NCBI GenBank assembly: GCA_965222525.1
Contig: OZ244955.1
Coordinates: forward strand, 640,140-704,139
Origin: Rickettsiales bacterium
GTDB taxonomy: Bacteria; Pseudomonadota; Alphaproteobacteria; Rickettsiales; UBA8987
DNA: 64,000 bases
Direction: 5' to 3'
The notes under the pieces are model-generated. The model saw nothing but the letters and a program-made list of their open reading frames with translations, did no database searches and had not been told where the DNA came from. Both the position numbers and the translations under genes were made by a program. The stretch's first letter is position 1, and each line of letters opens with the position of its first letter. Below are positions 1 through 9,275 of the stretch, in pieces.

Positions 1-968
1 TTTTTTCCAAGTTTATCAATTATATATTCCGTTTGTGAGATAATCTTATCACGGTTATTACTTGCAAGTAAAAATGGATCAAGATTACCCTGAACACATA
101 CATATGGTTGTAAATTTTCCGCTGCCCATTCAGGCGGAACCGTATAATCTATACCAACACCATCAACACCGGTTTCCCTAGCATAATCAACATACCTGAC
201 ACCTGCACCTTTGGGAAACCCGATAATCGGAACATCCGGATATTCTATTTTCAGTGAATCAACTATTTTGCGGGTAGGTTCTATAATAAAATTAGTAAAT
301 TCCGGTTCCGGAACCACGCCGGACCAGCTATCGAATATCTGTACCAAATCCGCTCCTGCCCTAATTTGCCCGCCGATATAACTAATGGTTGATTTAACAA
401 TAATATCTATAATTTTATTAAACAATTCAGGTTTGTTATATGTAAATCCCTTAACCTTTGCAAAATCCTTGCTACCTCCACCTTCAATCATATATGTGGC
501 CACCGTCCATGGAGCTCCGGCAAAGCCAATCAAGGCCGTTTCGTCAGGTAACTCATCCCTGACCATCCCTATCGTATCAAAGACCGGTTGCAGATGACCG
601 GAAATATTATCAACCCGCAAATTATCTATGTCTTTTTCATCGGAAATACTTTCCAGAACCGGCCCCTTACCCTCGATATAATCCAGCCCCATACCCATCG
701 CATGTGGAATAACCAGTATATCGGAAAATATTATCGCTGCATCAAACCCGAATCGCCTTATCGGCTGTAACGTAATTTCACTGGCTATTTCCGGGGTATA
801 ACACATCTTCAGAAACGAACCATATTCCTCCCTGATTTTCCGGTATTCCGGTAAATATCGGCCAGCCTGCCGCATCAGCCATATGGGAGGTCTGTTGTAA
901 TTTTTCCCTTTCAAAGCCCCAATGATTTTCCCGTTTACTGAAGGTTCCTGCTTTTCCGCTAATTCCAT
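1..968 (-). CDS. hemE: uroporphyrinogen decarboxylase (C-terminus runs off the window start)
   Basis: Manual translation from the ATG at 968-966 gives MELAEKQEPSVNGKIIGALKGKNYNRPPIWLMRQAGRYLPEYRKIREEYGSFLKMCYTPEIASEITLQPIRRFGFDAAIIFSDILVIPHAMG. The PIWLMRQAGRYLPEYR and AAIIFSDIL motifs are HemE signatures. The ORF is missing from the track because it has no in-window stop. Confidence 0.9.
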   Translation of the reverse strand, partial: MELAEKQEPSVNGKIIGALKGKNYNRPPIWLMRQAGRYLPEYRKIREEYGSFLKMCYTPEIASEITLQPIRRFGFDAAIIFSDILVIPHAMGMGLDYIEGKGPVLESISDEKDIDNLRVDNISGHLQPVFDTIGMVRDELPDETALIGFAGAPWTVATYMIEGGGSKDFAKVKGFTYNKPELFNKIIDIIVKSTISYIGGQIRAGADLVQIFDSWSGVVPEPEFTNFIIEPTRKIVDSLKIEYPDVPIIGFPKGAGVRYVDYARETGVDGVGIDYTVPPEWAAENLQPYVCVQGNLDPFLLASNNRDKIISQTEYIIDKLGK

Positions 969-1039
969 TGTTATCTTCTTTATGGTATTTTCGTTTAGAA
1001 AATAGTTAGTGATGCACAGACTTTCCATACCCCTTAAAT

Positions 1040-1370
1040 AAATAAAAATATATAAATATATTTTTGTAGTAGTTATTCGGCTTAATGATGTGGATTAAAA
1101 CTTATCCACATTATTTTCCACAATGATAAATATGTTTTTTTCATGTTTATAAAGCTGTTGATATAGAAAATTAACATATTGTATTTTCATAATAAATCCC
1201 GATATATATATTGCCTTGATAATATGAATAACCTGATTTTATATGAGAAAATCAACATATTGGTATAAGGTTATCAACATGTGGGAAAAACGGTTACTTC
1301 AGGTGAATTTCGGGGATATATTTTTCTTCTGTGGATAAGTAGAGAAGTTATTACCTGGTTATTCACAATA
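1040..1370. promoter_or_regulatory. candidate chromosomal replication origin: AT-rich intergenic region with a DnaA-box cluster
   Basis: Perfect TTATCCACA at 1102-1110 and perfect TGTGGATAA at 1330-1338. One-mismatch boxes at 1089-1097, 1114-1122, 1271-1279 and 1359-1367. A near-pure A/T tract lies at about 1040-1075. The region is directly upstream of hemE, the conserved oriC neighbour in Alphaproteobacteria. Confidence 0.55.
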
Positions 1371-1402
1371 AAGTTCAGAGTTCTGACTCCCGAGTTTATT
1401 AG

Positions 1403-1936
1403 TTATCTCTTTCTAACCCCCATAATCATCAATATGCTGATGCCGGCGGTGAATACCACGAAAACTTCGCCGAGTGTATCAAATCCCCTGTAGCTGGCCA
1501 GTACCGAGGTTACCACATTAGGAATACCTATTTCTCCGTATGATTTCTCCAGATAATGCGAAGCGACATGGCTGTTGGTAACCATATTCAAATCGCCGAA
1601 TGCCGGCATTCCCAGTGTTGCGTATATCAGAGCGCTGCCGGTGAGAAATATCACAACAAGCGGAAATACCAGATGTTTCGATGGTTTTTCCTCCTCGCCG
1701 GTGAGCAGCAATACCGCAAGGAACAATACCGTACTTATTCCGGCCCCGATAGCAGCCTCGGTGATTGCCACATCAGGTGCGTCCAGAACCAGATACATCA
1801 GCGCCATAAGCAGGCTGTATATGCCGAGCATTATGGTAGCGGTCATCAGGTTACGAGTGATTGCTACGGCTACCGCGGTTACGATAAGCAGTGCGAATAG
1901 TGAAATATCTATAACAATTTTCGGGTCGATTTCCAT
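1403..1936 (-). CDS. DUF4040 (MrpA C-terminal/MbhD-like) plus MnhB-like membrane protein, apparently truncated
   Basis: Contains LDAPDVAITEAAIGAGISTVLFLAVLL (DUF4040-like) and NVVTSVLASYRGFDTLGEVFVVFTAG (start of an MnhB domain). The ORF ends about 20 aa after that motif. No other mrp/mnh genes are adjacent. The start is taken at MEIDPK (1936), not the upstream M at 1987. Confidence 0.5.
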   Translation of the reverse strand: MEIDPKIVIDISLFALLIVTAVAVAITRNLMTATIMLGIYSLLMALMYLVLDAPDVAITEAAIGAGISTVLFLAVLLLTGEEEKPSKHLVFPLVVIFLTGSALIYATLGMPAFGDLNMVTNSHVASHYLEKSYGEIGIPNVVTSVLASYRGFDTLGEVFVVFTAGISILMIMGVRKR

Positions 1937-1961
1937 TATTATATCAAGTATATATAACCAT

Positions 1962-2549
1962 ATGAATACCCCATCATCACATAACAAATCAAGGAAAGCT
2001 TTCTATAAACATGCCGGTTTCTGGGTGGTTGCTGTGGTGTTTGCAGGGTTTATCGGACTCAGCCTTTATACATGGGAAGGGATAAAATGGGGGAAGGCCA
2101 AGGATACACCAAAAATAGGACAAGGATTCGGCAGGTCGGATTTTGATACGGCGTTTTCCATGCTTGATACGGATGATCAGGATGTTTTTGAGCGTGCAGT
2201 TTACAAGATGGAGCAGATGGGAGAGGCTGCAACGAACCGCCTGGTTGATATAATGGAGGATGGTGATTCAACTGACAAGCAGCGTATGGATGCAATATAT
2301 GTAACCGGCAGGATGGGTAAGGAAGCTTTGGGGAAGGCAGAAGTTCCGGTTATGAACTTTCTTCTGGATAATAATCCTGATTTACGGGCGGTTTCTGCAT
2401 CTGCTTTAGGAAAAATGAAGTCGAAAAACAGCGTATCCCGTTTGATAAATTTGCTTGATGATGAGGATGAGTGGGTAAGGAAAAGCGCAAAGAAAGCTTT
2501 GGAAAATATAGGAACCAGGCAGGCCAGAAAGGCTGTCAAGGGGAGATAG
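1962..2549 (+). CDS. HEAT-repeat (PBS-lyase-like) protein with an N-terminal TM helix
   Basis: The C-terminal half has repeated DxxVRxxAxxALGxxG-type units (NNPDLRAVSASALGKMKS, DEDEWVRKSAKKALENIG). The N-terminal half of ORF 1575..2549 is antisense to the Mrp-like gene and was discarded. The start at 1962 (MNTPSS) is tentative. Confidence 0.55.
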   Translation: MNTPSSHNKSRKAFYKHAGFWVVAVVFAGFIGLSLYTWEGIKWGKAKDTPKIGQGFGRSDFDTAFSMLDTDDQDVFERAVYKMEQMGEAATNRLVDIMEDGDSTDKQRMDAIYVTGRMGKEALGKAEVPVMNFLLDNNPDLRAVSASALGKMKSKNSVSRLINLLDDEDEWVRKSAKKALENIGTRQARKAVKGR

Positions 2550-2626
2550 TAGTGAATGTCTATACGGTCTGGGTCAATATCCCAAATTCATTGAGGGTTC
2601 ATGGGGGATTATGTATAATATAAAAT

Positions 2627-3028
2627 ATGATACGTCTGTTTTTAATAATATTACTGTGTTTTACGGCGGATATGGCTTATGCTCATAAATGGCGTGGATA
2701 TGGGGGAAAATATGCAGAATATCCTACCAGATTTGAAATTGCACAGGCAAGTGGCCTGTCTCCTGCGATAATTGCCAGGATACAGCGCAAATTTGACGGT
2801 CGTGTTGTTGGTGTGAGGAAGGCAGGGGGTGGGAAATGCCGTGAATACAGGCAGGATATAGTTGTCAATGGCAGGGCTGAGAAGGCTTCGGGAGCAGCCT
2901 GCCAGCAATCGGACGGCTCATGGCAAATAGGCTATAATTACGTAGTACAAATATTAAAAAGCAGCGGCAGGGTTATACTGGTAACGGTAAATGGCGTGAC
3001 CGGCGAGGTTGTTGAAGTGAGGAATTGA
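2627..3028 (+). CDS. small secreted protein with a surface-antigen-like Cys motif
   Basis: N-terminal signal-like MIRLFLIILLCFTADMAYA. The segment GGKCREYRQDIVVNGRAEKASGAACQQSDGSWQI resembles the CREY...G.AC.QPDGSW motif of 17-kDa-type surface antigens. Confidence 0.5.
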   Translation: MIRLFLIILLCFTADMAYAHKWRGYGGKYAEYPTRFEIAQASGLSPAIIARIQRKFDGRVVGVRKAGGGKCREYRQDIVVNGRAEKASGAACQQSDGSWQIGYNYVVQILKSSGRVILVTVNGVTGEVVEVRN

Positions 3029-3063
3029 TATATAGTGTTTATACCTGAAATATTTAATGAAAT

Positions 3064-3253
3064 GTCACCCCGGACGCATATTTTGTCCAAATCTATTGAT
3101 TTGGTTAACAAAATAGCGTTCTCGGGGTTATAAGCAAAAACACGTGCTGTTACTTATAACCCCGAGAATGGTGGTTTCTAAAACGAAATCATCCACCTTC
3201 GCTAAAGCTATGGTGGACAAGTAGATTTCGAGAAACCATCCATCCGGGGTGAC
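3064..3253 (+). repeat. structured palindromic repeat family A, copy 1 (190 bp, enlarged right arm)
   Basis: Termini GTCACCCCGGA...TCCGGGGTGAC. Inner stem TTCTCGGGGTTAT/ATAACCCCGAGAA. Two side hairpins. Homologous to 37278-37433 and, in inverted orientation, to 53205-53360. Confidence 0.85.
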
Positions 3254-3333
3254 AGGGGCTTAAATATACCAGGTTAAAATACTATAATATACTACCGCTA
3301 AAACCTGTAACCTGTCACTTAAAACCTGAAATA

Positions 3334-3855
3334 ATGAATATCCCGATCATAGACCAGATAGCAGCCAGACCCCGATACAGGGTGCCGTTGATGCTGTTTA
3401 TACTGGCAGGAGGGTCGCTGGCGGCTGCATTCATTGCACAATATGTGTTCGATATGCAGCCATGCATATTATGTATATATCAGCGCTATCCATATGCGAT
3501 AATTGCCGGACTGGCCGTGCTGGCCATGATGGTACCGGACAGGTATAATGTTGCAAAAGCCTTGCTTGTATTATGTTGCATGATATTCCTTGTTGAAGCT
3601 GGTATTGCGGTATTTCATATCGGTGTGGAGCAGAAATGGTGGAGTGGTACCGATGAATGCGGCGGAGAAGGATTTGCCGGAACCATAGAGGAAATAAGGG
3701 CTGCTATTTTCAATGCACCGATAAAGCGCTGCGACGAGCGTGAGGTATTTTTCCTAGGCCTTTCGATGGCCGACTGGAACGCATTATGGGCATTATTCCT
3801 GGCCGGATTATGTTTAATAACTTTTAACAGAATAGGAAAAAATGCTACCAGGTGA
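3334..3855 (+). CDS. dsbB: disulfide bond formation protein B family
   Basis: Four-TM profile. A CILCIYQRYPY (CxxC..QR) motif in the first loop and a second Cys pair (DECGG...KRCDE) in the second periplasmic loop. Confidence 0.75.
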   Translation: MNIPIIDQIAARPRYRVPLMLFILAGGSLAAAFIAQYVFDMQPCILCIYQRYPYAIIAGLAVLAMMVPDRYNVAKALLVLCCMIFLVEAGIAVFHIGVEQKWWSGTDECGGEGFAGTIEEIRAAIFNAPIKRCDEREVFFLGLSMADWNALWALFLAGLCLITFNRIGKNATR

Positions 3856-4372
3856 TAAATCGAAAAAGTCCCGTATAGAGCAGGTGATTAGGGTGAATCA
3901 TGCCGGTGAATATGGCGCGAAGCGAATTTATGCTGGCCAGCTTGCTGTATTAAAAAACCGCAAATGCGCACCGGTGATAGAACATATGGCCGAGCAGGAA
4001 GCAGAGCATCTGGCTGCTTTTGATGAAATGGTTGTCGACAGGAAAGTACGGCCGACTGCATTGATGCCGTTATGGCATATTGCCGGATTTGCACTTGGTG
4101 CCGGAACCGCATTACTTGGTGAGAAGGCTGCAATGGCCTGTACGGTTGCAGTTGAGGAGGTTATCGACGAGCATTATGCCGGCCAGCTTGAAGAACTGGA
4201 TGATGATGAAAAGGAACTGAAGCGTAATATAGAGAAATTCCGTGAGGAAGAGCTGGAACATCGTGATATAGGGATTGAGCATAATGCGGAGCAAACACCG
4301 GCCTATCCGCTGCTCACCTCTGCAATAAAATCCGCCAGCCGCACCGCAATCTGGCTTTCAACAAGAATTTAG
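3842..4372 (+). CDS. coq7: demethoxyubiquinone hydroxylase (Coq7 family di-iron protein)
   Basis: RVNHAGEYGAKRIYAGQ, EQEAEHL, VEEVIDEHY and EELEHRD match the Coq7 di-iron ligand pattern (E, ExxH, E, ExxH). Confidence 0.85.
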   Translation: MLPGDKSKKSRIEQVIRVNHAGEYGAKRIYAGQLAVLKNRKCAPVIEHMAEQEAEHLAAFDEMVVDRKVRPTALMPLWHIAGFALGAGTALLGEKAAMACTVAVEEVIDEHYAGQLEELDDDEKELKRNIEKFREEELEHRDIGIEHNAEQTPAYPLLTSAIKSASRTAIWLSTRI

Positions 4373-7300
4373 TTATCAGTTATCTCCATCACTTCCATAT
4401 TATTTGTCCACAATAACATGCAGGTTATCTGGTGGGTGGAGTAGATTTTTTCAAGCAGGGAACGGTAGGCGTTCATCTGGGAGATATATGCCCTAGGGAT
4501 TTTTGTGGGATTTTCGGGCGGGATAAGGTTGGTTTTATAGTCAATTATCAATACCTTATCATCGGTTACTATCAGCCTGTCGACCTGCCCTGATATAACC
4601 CTGTCACCGACAATACCCGATATTGGGACTTCTGCCTGCGAATTTACCCCGAAAATCTCAGCAAATTCAGGGTTATCAATAATATTGAACACTTCCTGTA
4701 TAATTTGCTGCTTGTCCGGGACTGCTATATCAGGAGCGTTCCTCTCGATAATCTCCTGTGCTGCTCCCTTGCGGGTTTCTGCCTCTATATCAGGTAATAT
4801 TTGCAGCAACAGGTGGATTAACCTGCCTCTCGAATAGGGATTATTGCGTTCCGTCGGGGAGATTCCTGCACTCTCCTCACCATCGGGCCGGGAAGGAGTT
4901 AGTGGTACAGCAATATCAGGTTCAGGTGCCGGTTCACATAAGGCAAATTCCGGCAGTTCAGGTGTTTCTGTCGTATCTGTAATATCCGTAACAACTTCCA
5001 CCGGACACCTCTGTTCAGAGCTAATCCGCAATATCCGCTCGTCACCATCATTAATAATATCGGCAATATCTACCAGATTTTCACAGATAATATTATACCA
5101 GCAATTTTTCGGTATATTCTTCTGTCCCTGCCAGCCGCAGATATATAACTCATCGGCTGCACGGGTCATCGCCACATAAAGCAGCCGCAGATACTCTTCA
5201 TACTGCGCCTGCCTTGCATCCTCCCGCAGATTTTCGCAATATCTGTTACGGTTCTCCGCCCCGCCCGTCCACAAAAACCCGCACTCCACATACCGCAATA
5301 CCTGCTTACGCAACACCGGCACCTGCGTTGTATCGGGCAGGAAAACTATCGGTGCCTGCAACCCCTTGGAGCCATGCACAGTCATTATCCGCACCTCATC
5401 CCTGCCATGCTCCATATCCCGCTTTATCACAGCCCCACCCGATTTTATCCATTGCAGAAAACCCTGCATCGAGGGTATATGAGTTGCTTCATATTGCGCT
5501 ATATAATTAAGAAACTCATCCAGTACATCTTCCACCTCATCACCAAGCCTTGCGATAAAATCCTTGCGCCCGCCCATAACCTCCAGCAGATAAGCATAAA
5601 ATTCCGAGGGCGGCATATAATCGGTTTTTGCAAGCAAACGGGATAGATAGTCATAAGCTTCTCCTGAATCCTCCCTAACCCGTTGCCACAGCGATTTCTG
5701 CCCACGATTATATGCAAGTTCAAATAACTCCTGCTCGGAAATGCCGATAAGCGGGGATTTCAATATGGTCGCAAGGGTTAAATCATCCTCCGGCAACAGC
5801 AGGAAATCACCAAGCGCAACCAGATCCATAATTGCTATATGCCGGGTAAGCGATAGCCTGTCCGTTCCGGCTACATTAATATTCTGCTCCTTGAGCGCCC
5901 GCATCATATGCTCGACAAATTCATCCCGCTTGCGTACCAGAATCATAATATCACCTTCGGTAGCCGCCCGTCCCTGTGACGGCAGAATACGCTTTTCATC
6001 CAGCCAACCCCTTATAGTAGCAGCGATTTTCCCCGCCAACACTGCCCTGCTGTTATCACTTTCCTTGCGCTCAAGCGGCAATTCCCAGGGAACAGGTTCC
6101 TCCTTTTCCTGCGAAGTGACAAGCGGCCATATCTCGACAATTCCCGCATCCTCGCTGCGATTTACATCATGCTTTATACTATCCTCGGTAACTGTAATCG
6201 CATCCAGAAGCTCACTATTGGAGAAAACCCTGTCTACGGCTTGCAGAACCGGTGCGGTAGAGCGAAAGGAGCGGTCAAGCAATACCGGCCGCCAGCTCTG
6301 TGCAAAAAACTGTTTCATCGCACCGAATACCGCCGGGTCGGCACCCTGAAAGCTGAATATAGACTGCTTTTCATCGCCTACTACAAAAAGCGTTCGCTTA
6401 ACTTCCCGCTTGCCCTCCCCGGCGAAAAAATCGGTGCATAAAGCCTCGATTATTGCCCATTGCTCAGGGCTGGTATCCTGTGCCTCATCAACAAGTATAT
6501 GGTCAATACCGTCATCCAGCTTGTACATAATCCACGGTGCTATATCAGGTCTGGTCAGGAGCCTGCGGGCAGCAGATATCAAATCGGTATAATCCAGAAA
6601 AGCACGGTTGGTCTTGAGATTACGATACAGTACCAGCAACTCCTCGGCGGTATGGACAAGGCTTGCAGTCAGGCCGGCTATATTAAGGGATTTGGTTTTA
6701 TCCAGAGTGGCAAGGATTCGCTCCTGCTCTGAGAGGATTGCAGACTCAACATCGGGATGACCTTCCAGCAGTTTCGCACGTACAACCCCGCCCGGCTTGC
6801 GCTTCTCATTTTTACCGGTCAGGAAAATACTGATATAGTCAGCAAAATACTGCTCCCCTCCCGGATTTTTCATATCATTGACAAGGCTCTTTATACGGGT
6901 GGACTTTTCCTTATCCTTCGTAGAACCGGACTGCAAAAGGCTTATAATCGGGCGCGGGGGGAAAATATTGGTAGCTTCAATAAATTCGGCAATTATTGAT
7001 TGTTTGCTCTCTTCCGGCCTAACTCCTAATTGCCGGTGAACCTTACCTACCAGCCCATCCGCTCCGTATTCACCCAGCAAATCTTCCAATATGCTGCGCT
7101 GTTCCATAATCTCATTCATGATACTGCGCAAAGTGGTGTCATGTGCAGCTTGTGCAAGATGGGCTATGCGGGTTGTGGTATCACTTGTCGATTGCGTACT
7201 GCCAAGCAGACGTAGCCATGCCTCCCTGATAAGCTCATGGGAAGTCTGCCCGTCAATCACCTGAAAATGCGGGATAATACCCGCCTCCAGCGGAAAGCGT

Positions 7301-7728
7301 TTCAAAAGCGACTGGCAGAATGAATGGATGGTCTGGATTTTCAAATCACCCGGATTATCCACCACATCCATAAACAGCCTGCGGGCGAGTGTCAGTATAT
7401 CCTTATCCGCAGGCACACCGGTCAGTTCCTCTATTTCCGATATGAGGCCAGCTTCATCCGAAATAGCCCAGCTTGCAAGCCGCCCATTTATCCGCTCCAC
7501 CATCTCGGCAGCAGCAGCATTGGTAAAGGTAAGGCAGAGGATTTTATTCGGAGCGGTTCCGGCCAGCATCAGCCGTAATACACGGTCAGTCAGAACCTTG
7601 GTCTTGCCGGTCCCGGCATTGGCCGAAACCCACACCGAATGCGCCGGATCCGCCGCCACTGCCTGCGGGTCAGTACCGATAGACTCATAATTTAAAGCAT
7701 TATAATTTTTTTCCAGTTCTGCATGCAT
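4369..7728 (-). CDS. addA: double-strand break repair helicase-nuclease AddA (UvrD/Rep helicase plus C-terminal PD-(D/E)XK nuclease)
   Basis: Walker A ANAGTGKTKVLT, helicase motifs (DEAQDTSP, VGDEKQSIFSFQGA, RIMTVHGSKGLQAP) and a C-terminal nuclease region (GQVDRLIV...IIDYKT). No addB is adjacent. Confidence 0.9.
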   Translation of the reverse strand: MHAELEKNYNALNYESIGTDPQAVAADPAHSVWVSANAGTGKTKVLTDRVLRLMLAGTAPNKILCLTFTNAAAAEMVERINGRLASWAISDEAGLISEIEELTGVPADKDILTLARRLFMDVVDNPGDLKIQTIHSFCQSLLKRFPLEAGIIPHFQVIDGQTSHELIREAWLRLLGSTQSTSDTTTRIAHLAQAAHDTTLRSIMNEIMEQRSILEDLLGEYGADGLVGKVHRQLGVRPEESKQSIIAEFIEATNIFPPRPIISLLQSGSTKDKEKSTRIKSLVNDMKNPGGEQYFADYISIFLTGKNEKRKPGGVVRAKLLEGHPDVESAILSEQERILATLDKTKSLNIAGLTASLVHTAEELLVLYRNLKTNRAFLDYTDLISAARRLLTRPDIAPWIMYKLDDGIDHILVDEAQDTSPEQWAIIEALCTDFFAGEGKREVKRTLFVVGDEKQSIFSFQGADPAVFGAMKQFFAQSWRPVLLDRSFRSTAPVLQAVDRVFSNSELLDAITVTEDSIKHDVNRSEDAGIVEIWPLVTSQEKEEPVPWELPLERKESDNSRAVLAGKIAATIRGWLDEKRILPSQGRAATEGDIMILVRKRDEFVEHMMRALKEQNINVAGTDRLSLTRHIAIMDLVALGDFLLLPEDDLTLATILKSPLIGISEQELFELAYNRGQKSLWQRVREDSGEAYDYLSRLLAKTDYMPPSEFYAYLLEVMGGRKDFIARLGDEVEDVLDEFLNYIAQYEATHIPSMQGFLQWIKSGGAVIKRDMEHGRDEVRIMTVHGSKGLQAPIVFLPDTTQVPVLRKQVLRYVECGFLWTGGAENRNRYCENLREDARQAQYEEYLRLLYVAMTRAADELYICGWQGQKNIPKNCWYNIICENLVDIADIINDGDERILRISSEQRCPVEVVTDITDTTETPELPEFALCEPAPEPDIAVPLTPSRPDGEESAGISPTERNNPYSRGRLIHLLLQILPDIEAETRKGAAQEIIERNAPDIAVPDKQQIIQEVFNIIDNPEFAEIFGVNSQAEVPISGIVGDRVISGQVDRLIVTDDKVLIIDYKTNLIPPENPTKIPRAYISQMNAYRSLLEKIYSTHQITCMLLWTNNMEVMEITDN

Positions 7729-7808
7729 GTCTTAGGTTACAGGTTGTAGGTTACAGGTTTAAGTTTTAATATATAATAACTAGGAATTTGGTCAAATCAC
7801 TTGTAACA

Positions 7809-8822
7809 ATGAAAAAACTTATAATCATATTGGTTACATTAACTTTGCAGGCCTGTTCCGGTGGCAGGCTGGCGGAGCCCGGGGATTTGATTGAAGCGGA
7901 GTGGGACAGGCTTGCAGAAATAATTGCAGAAGAGCAGGGGAAAGAGATATTGCAGCCCGAAGGAAGTATTCCGGAAAAAACGGAGGATAGCCCAGAGGTT
8001 TTCGACAGGATTGAAGAGGGTATTATAATAGAGGATAAGGAGGAAAAGCCTGCAACCGGCAATATAACCCCCCTTCCTGCAATAGTTGTAACTTCTCGGA
8101 AAATCGCAGCAGAACCGATAAACCAGGCACGTAAACATGTGGTATATTGGGGCTCAATACCGGTAGGGGAGCTGATTGCCGGTATAGAAACCGGGGAGGA
8201 TAAACATATATTCAAGGTGGCGATACGTTCTCGCAACCTGGCCAAGGTTGTAAGCAAATTCAGGAGCAACAGCAAAAGCGAGATACGCTATAATGGCAGG
8301 GGGAAATATACCCCGATATTGTGGGATACCAACTTCAGCCTGCGTAATAAAAAACGTACTATTAAGCTGGAATATTCCGATTCGGGGGAAGTTACCGGTG
8401 ATTACAACCAGCCTCCGGAGAAGCGCTGGAAACGCAAGGCGGTTGAGCAGAAACTCAAGGATGGTGCGTATGACCCGCTCACCATGGTTATGGTAGCCAG
8501 GCAGAAGGTCAGGGACAGCTTCAGGGGAGGCAAGCGGGAGTTTTCCCTGCCGCTGTATGATGGCCGCAGGCGGAGTAAATTTAACTTCAGGGTGCGTGGT
8601 ATTACTACCAATAAATTTATTCATGTCAGCGTTACTGAAACTGCGGTGGCCGGCTATACTGACAATGAACTGCGCCGTATGAAGGAGCGTGGTGCCGAGA
8701 TTCACCTCTATCTTTCCATCAAGGATTTCTGGCCGGTACAGGCTACCGGCAAATCCCTGCTCGGTACGGTGAAAGGGGTTATAGAAAAAACCTGTGATAG
8801 TTTCAACGAATGTCTTGAGTAG
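7809..8822 (+). CDS. lipoprotein, DUF3108-like
   Basis: MKKLIIILVTLTLQAC lipobox at the start chosen at 7809. The remainder resembles alphaproteobacterial DUF3108 proteins (recollection only, not searched). Confidence 0.5.
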   Translation: MKKLIIILVTLTLQACSGGRLAEPGDLIEAEWDRLAEIIAEEQGKEILQPEGSIPEKTEDSPEVFDRIEEGIIIEDKEEKPATGNITPLPAIVVTSRKIAAEPINQARKHVVYWGSIPVGELIAGIETGEDKHIFKVAIRSRNLAKVVSKFRSNSKSEIRYNGRGKYTPILWDTNFSLRNKKRTIKLEYSDSGEVTGDYNQPPEKRWKRKAVEQKLKDGAYDPLTMVMVARQKVRDSFRGGKREFSLPLYDGRRRSKFNFRVRGITTNKFIHVSVTETAVAGYTDNELRRMKERGAEIHLYLSIKDFWPVQATGKSLLGTVKGVIEKTCDSFNECLE

Positions 8823-8833
8823 AAGTCCGGAGT

Positions 8834-9265
8834 TCAGTGCTGCGGGTTTATTGAAACACAATCCACAACCAGTCTTTTGCCCAGGGCGGCAAATCCCCTG
8901 TCGAGCTGTTCTATCCTGGAGTTATGGGTAACATCAAGCAGCCGGTCAATCTGCTTCTGGTCACATGCCAGTTTTCTGGCAAGGGCGGCTTTCTTTATCC
9001 CCTGCTCCTGCATTTCCCAGTAAAGCAGCAGTTTGGCAGTTGTAACCGCATCTATTGCAACATAAGCCGTTCCTTTCTTTCTGCCGGGACGGGGTATTTC
9101 CTCCCGATGCGCTATCCTGGCAGCTATCACCTCGCTGAGGGCGTTCTGCGCATGAAAAACGGCGTCCTCCATGTCATCCCCGAAGGTAATAGCATCCGGG
9201 AAATGGGGAAATGTAACCATCAGGCTGCCATTATCATCCCTGGTTAATTTTACCGGATATTCCAT
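8834..9265 (-). CDS. hicB: type II antitoxin HicB family with C-terminal HTH
   Basis: N-terminal HicB fold pattern (YPVKLTRDDNGSLMVTFPHFPDAITFGDDMEDA) plus an HTH (GIKKAALARKLACDQKQIDRLLD). It lies directly downstream of hicA. Confidence 0.8.
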   Translation of the reverse strand: MEYPVKLTRDDNGSLMVTFPHFPDAITFGDDMEDAVFHAQNALSEVIAARIAHREEIPRPGRKKGTAYVAIDAVTTAKLLLYWEMQEQGIKKAALARKLACDQKQIDRLLDVTHNSRIEQLDRGFAALGKRLVVDCVSINPQH

Positions 9266-9275
9266 ATTATTTCCT

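Noticed and set aside
1081-1100. Possible CtrA-binding sites (TTAA-N7-TTAA) in the putative origin, for example TTAAtgatgtggaTTAA.
   Set aside because: The spacing is 9 nt, not 7. I found no exact TTAA-N7-TTAA site, so no CtrA control is claimed.
1575-1961. The N-terminal 129 aa of plus-strand ORF 1575..2549.
   Set aside because: This part is antisense to the Mrp-like membrane gene and has no HEAT-like sequence. Only the part from about 1962 onward looks like a real protein.
8154-8861. A 235 aa minus-strand ORF antisense to the DUF3108-like lipoprotein gene. Similar long antisense ORFs lie within addA, the MCP (12051..12842), the 1150 aa ORF (26206..26979, 27286..28140), tamAB, atpA, trpE and glnA.
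   Set aside because: These ORFs have low-complexity or odd composition and no recognisable motifs. Each lies fully inside a gene with clear family signatures on the other strand, so they are shadow ORFs.
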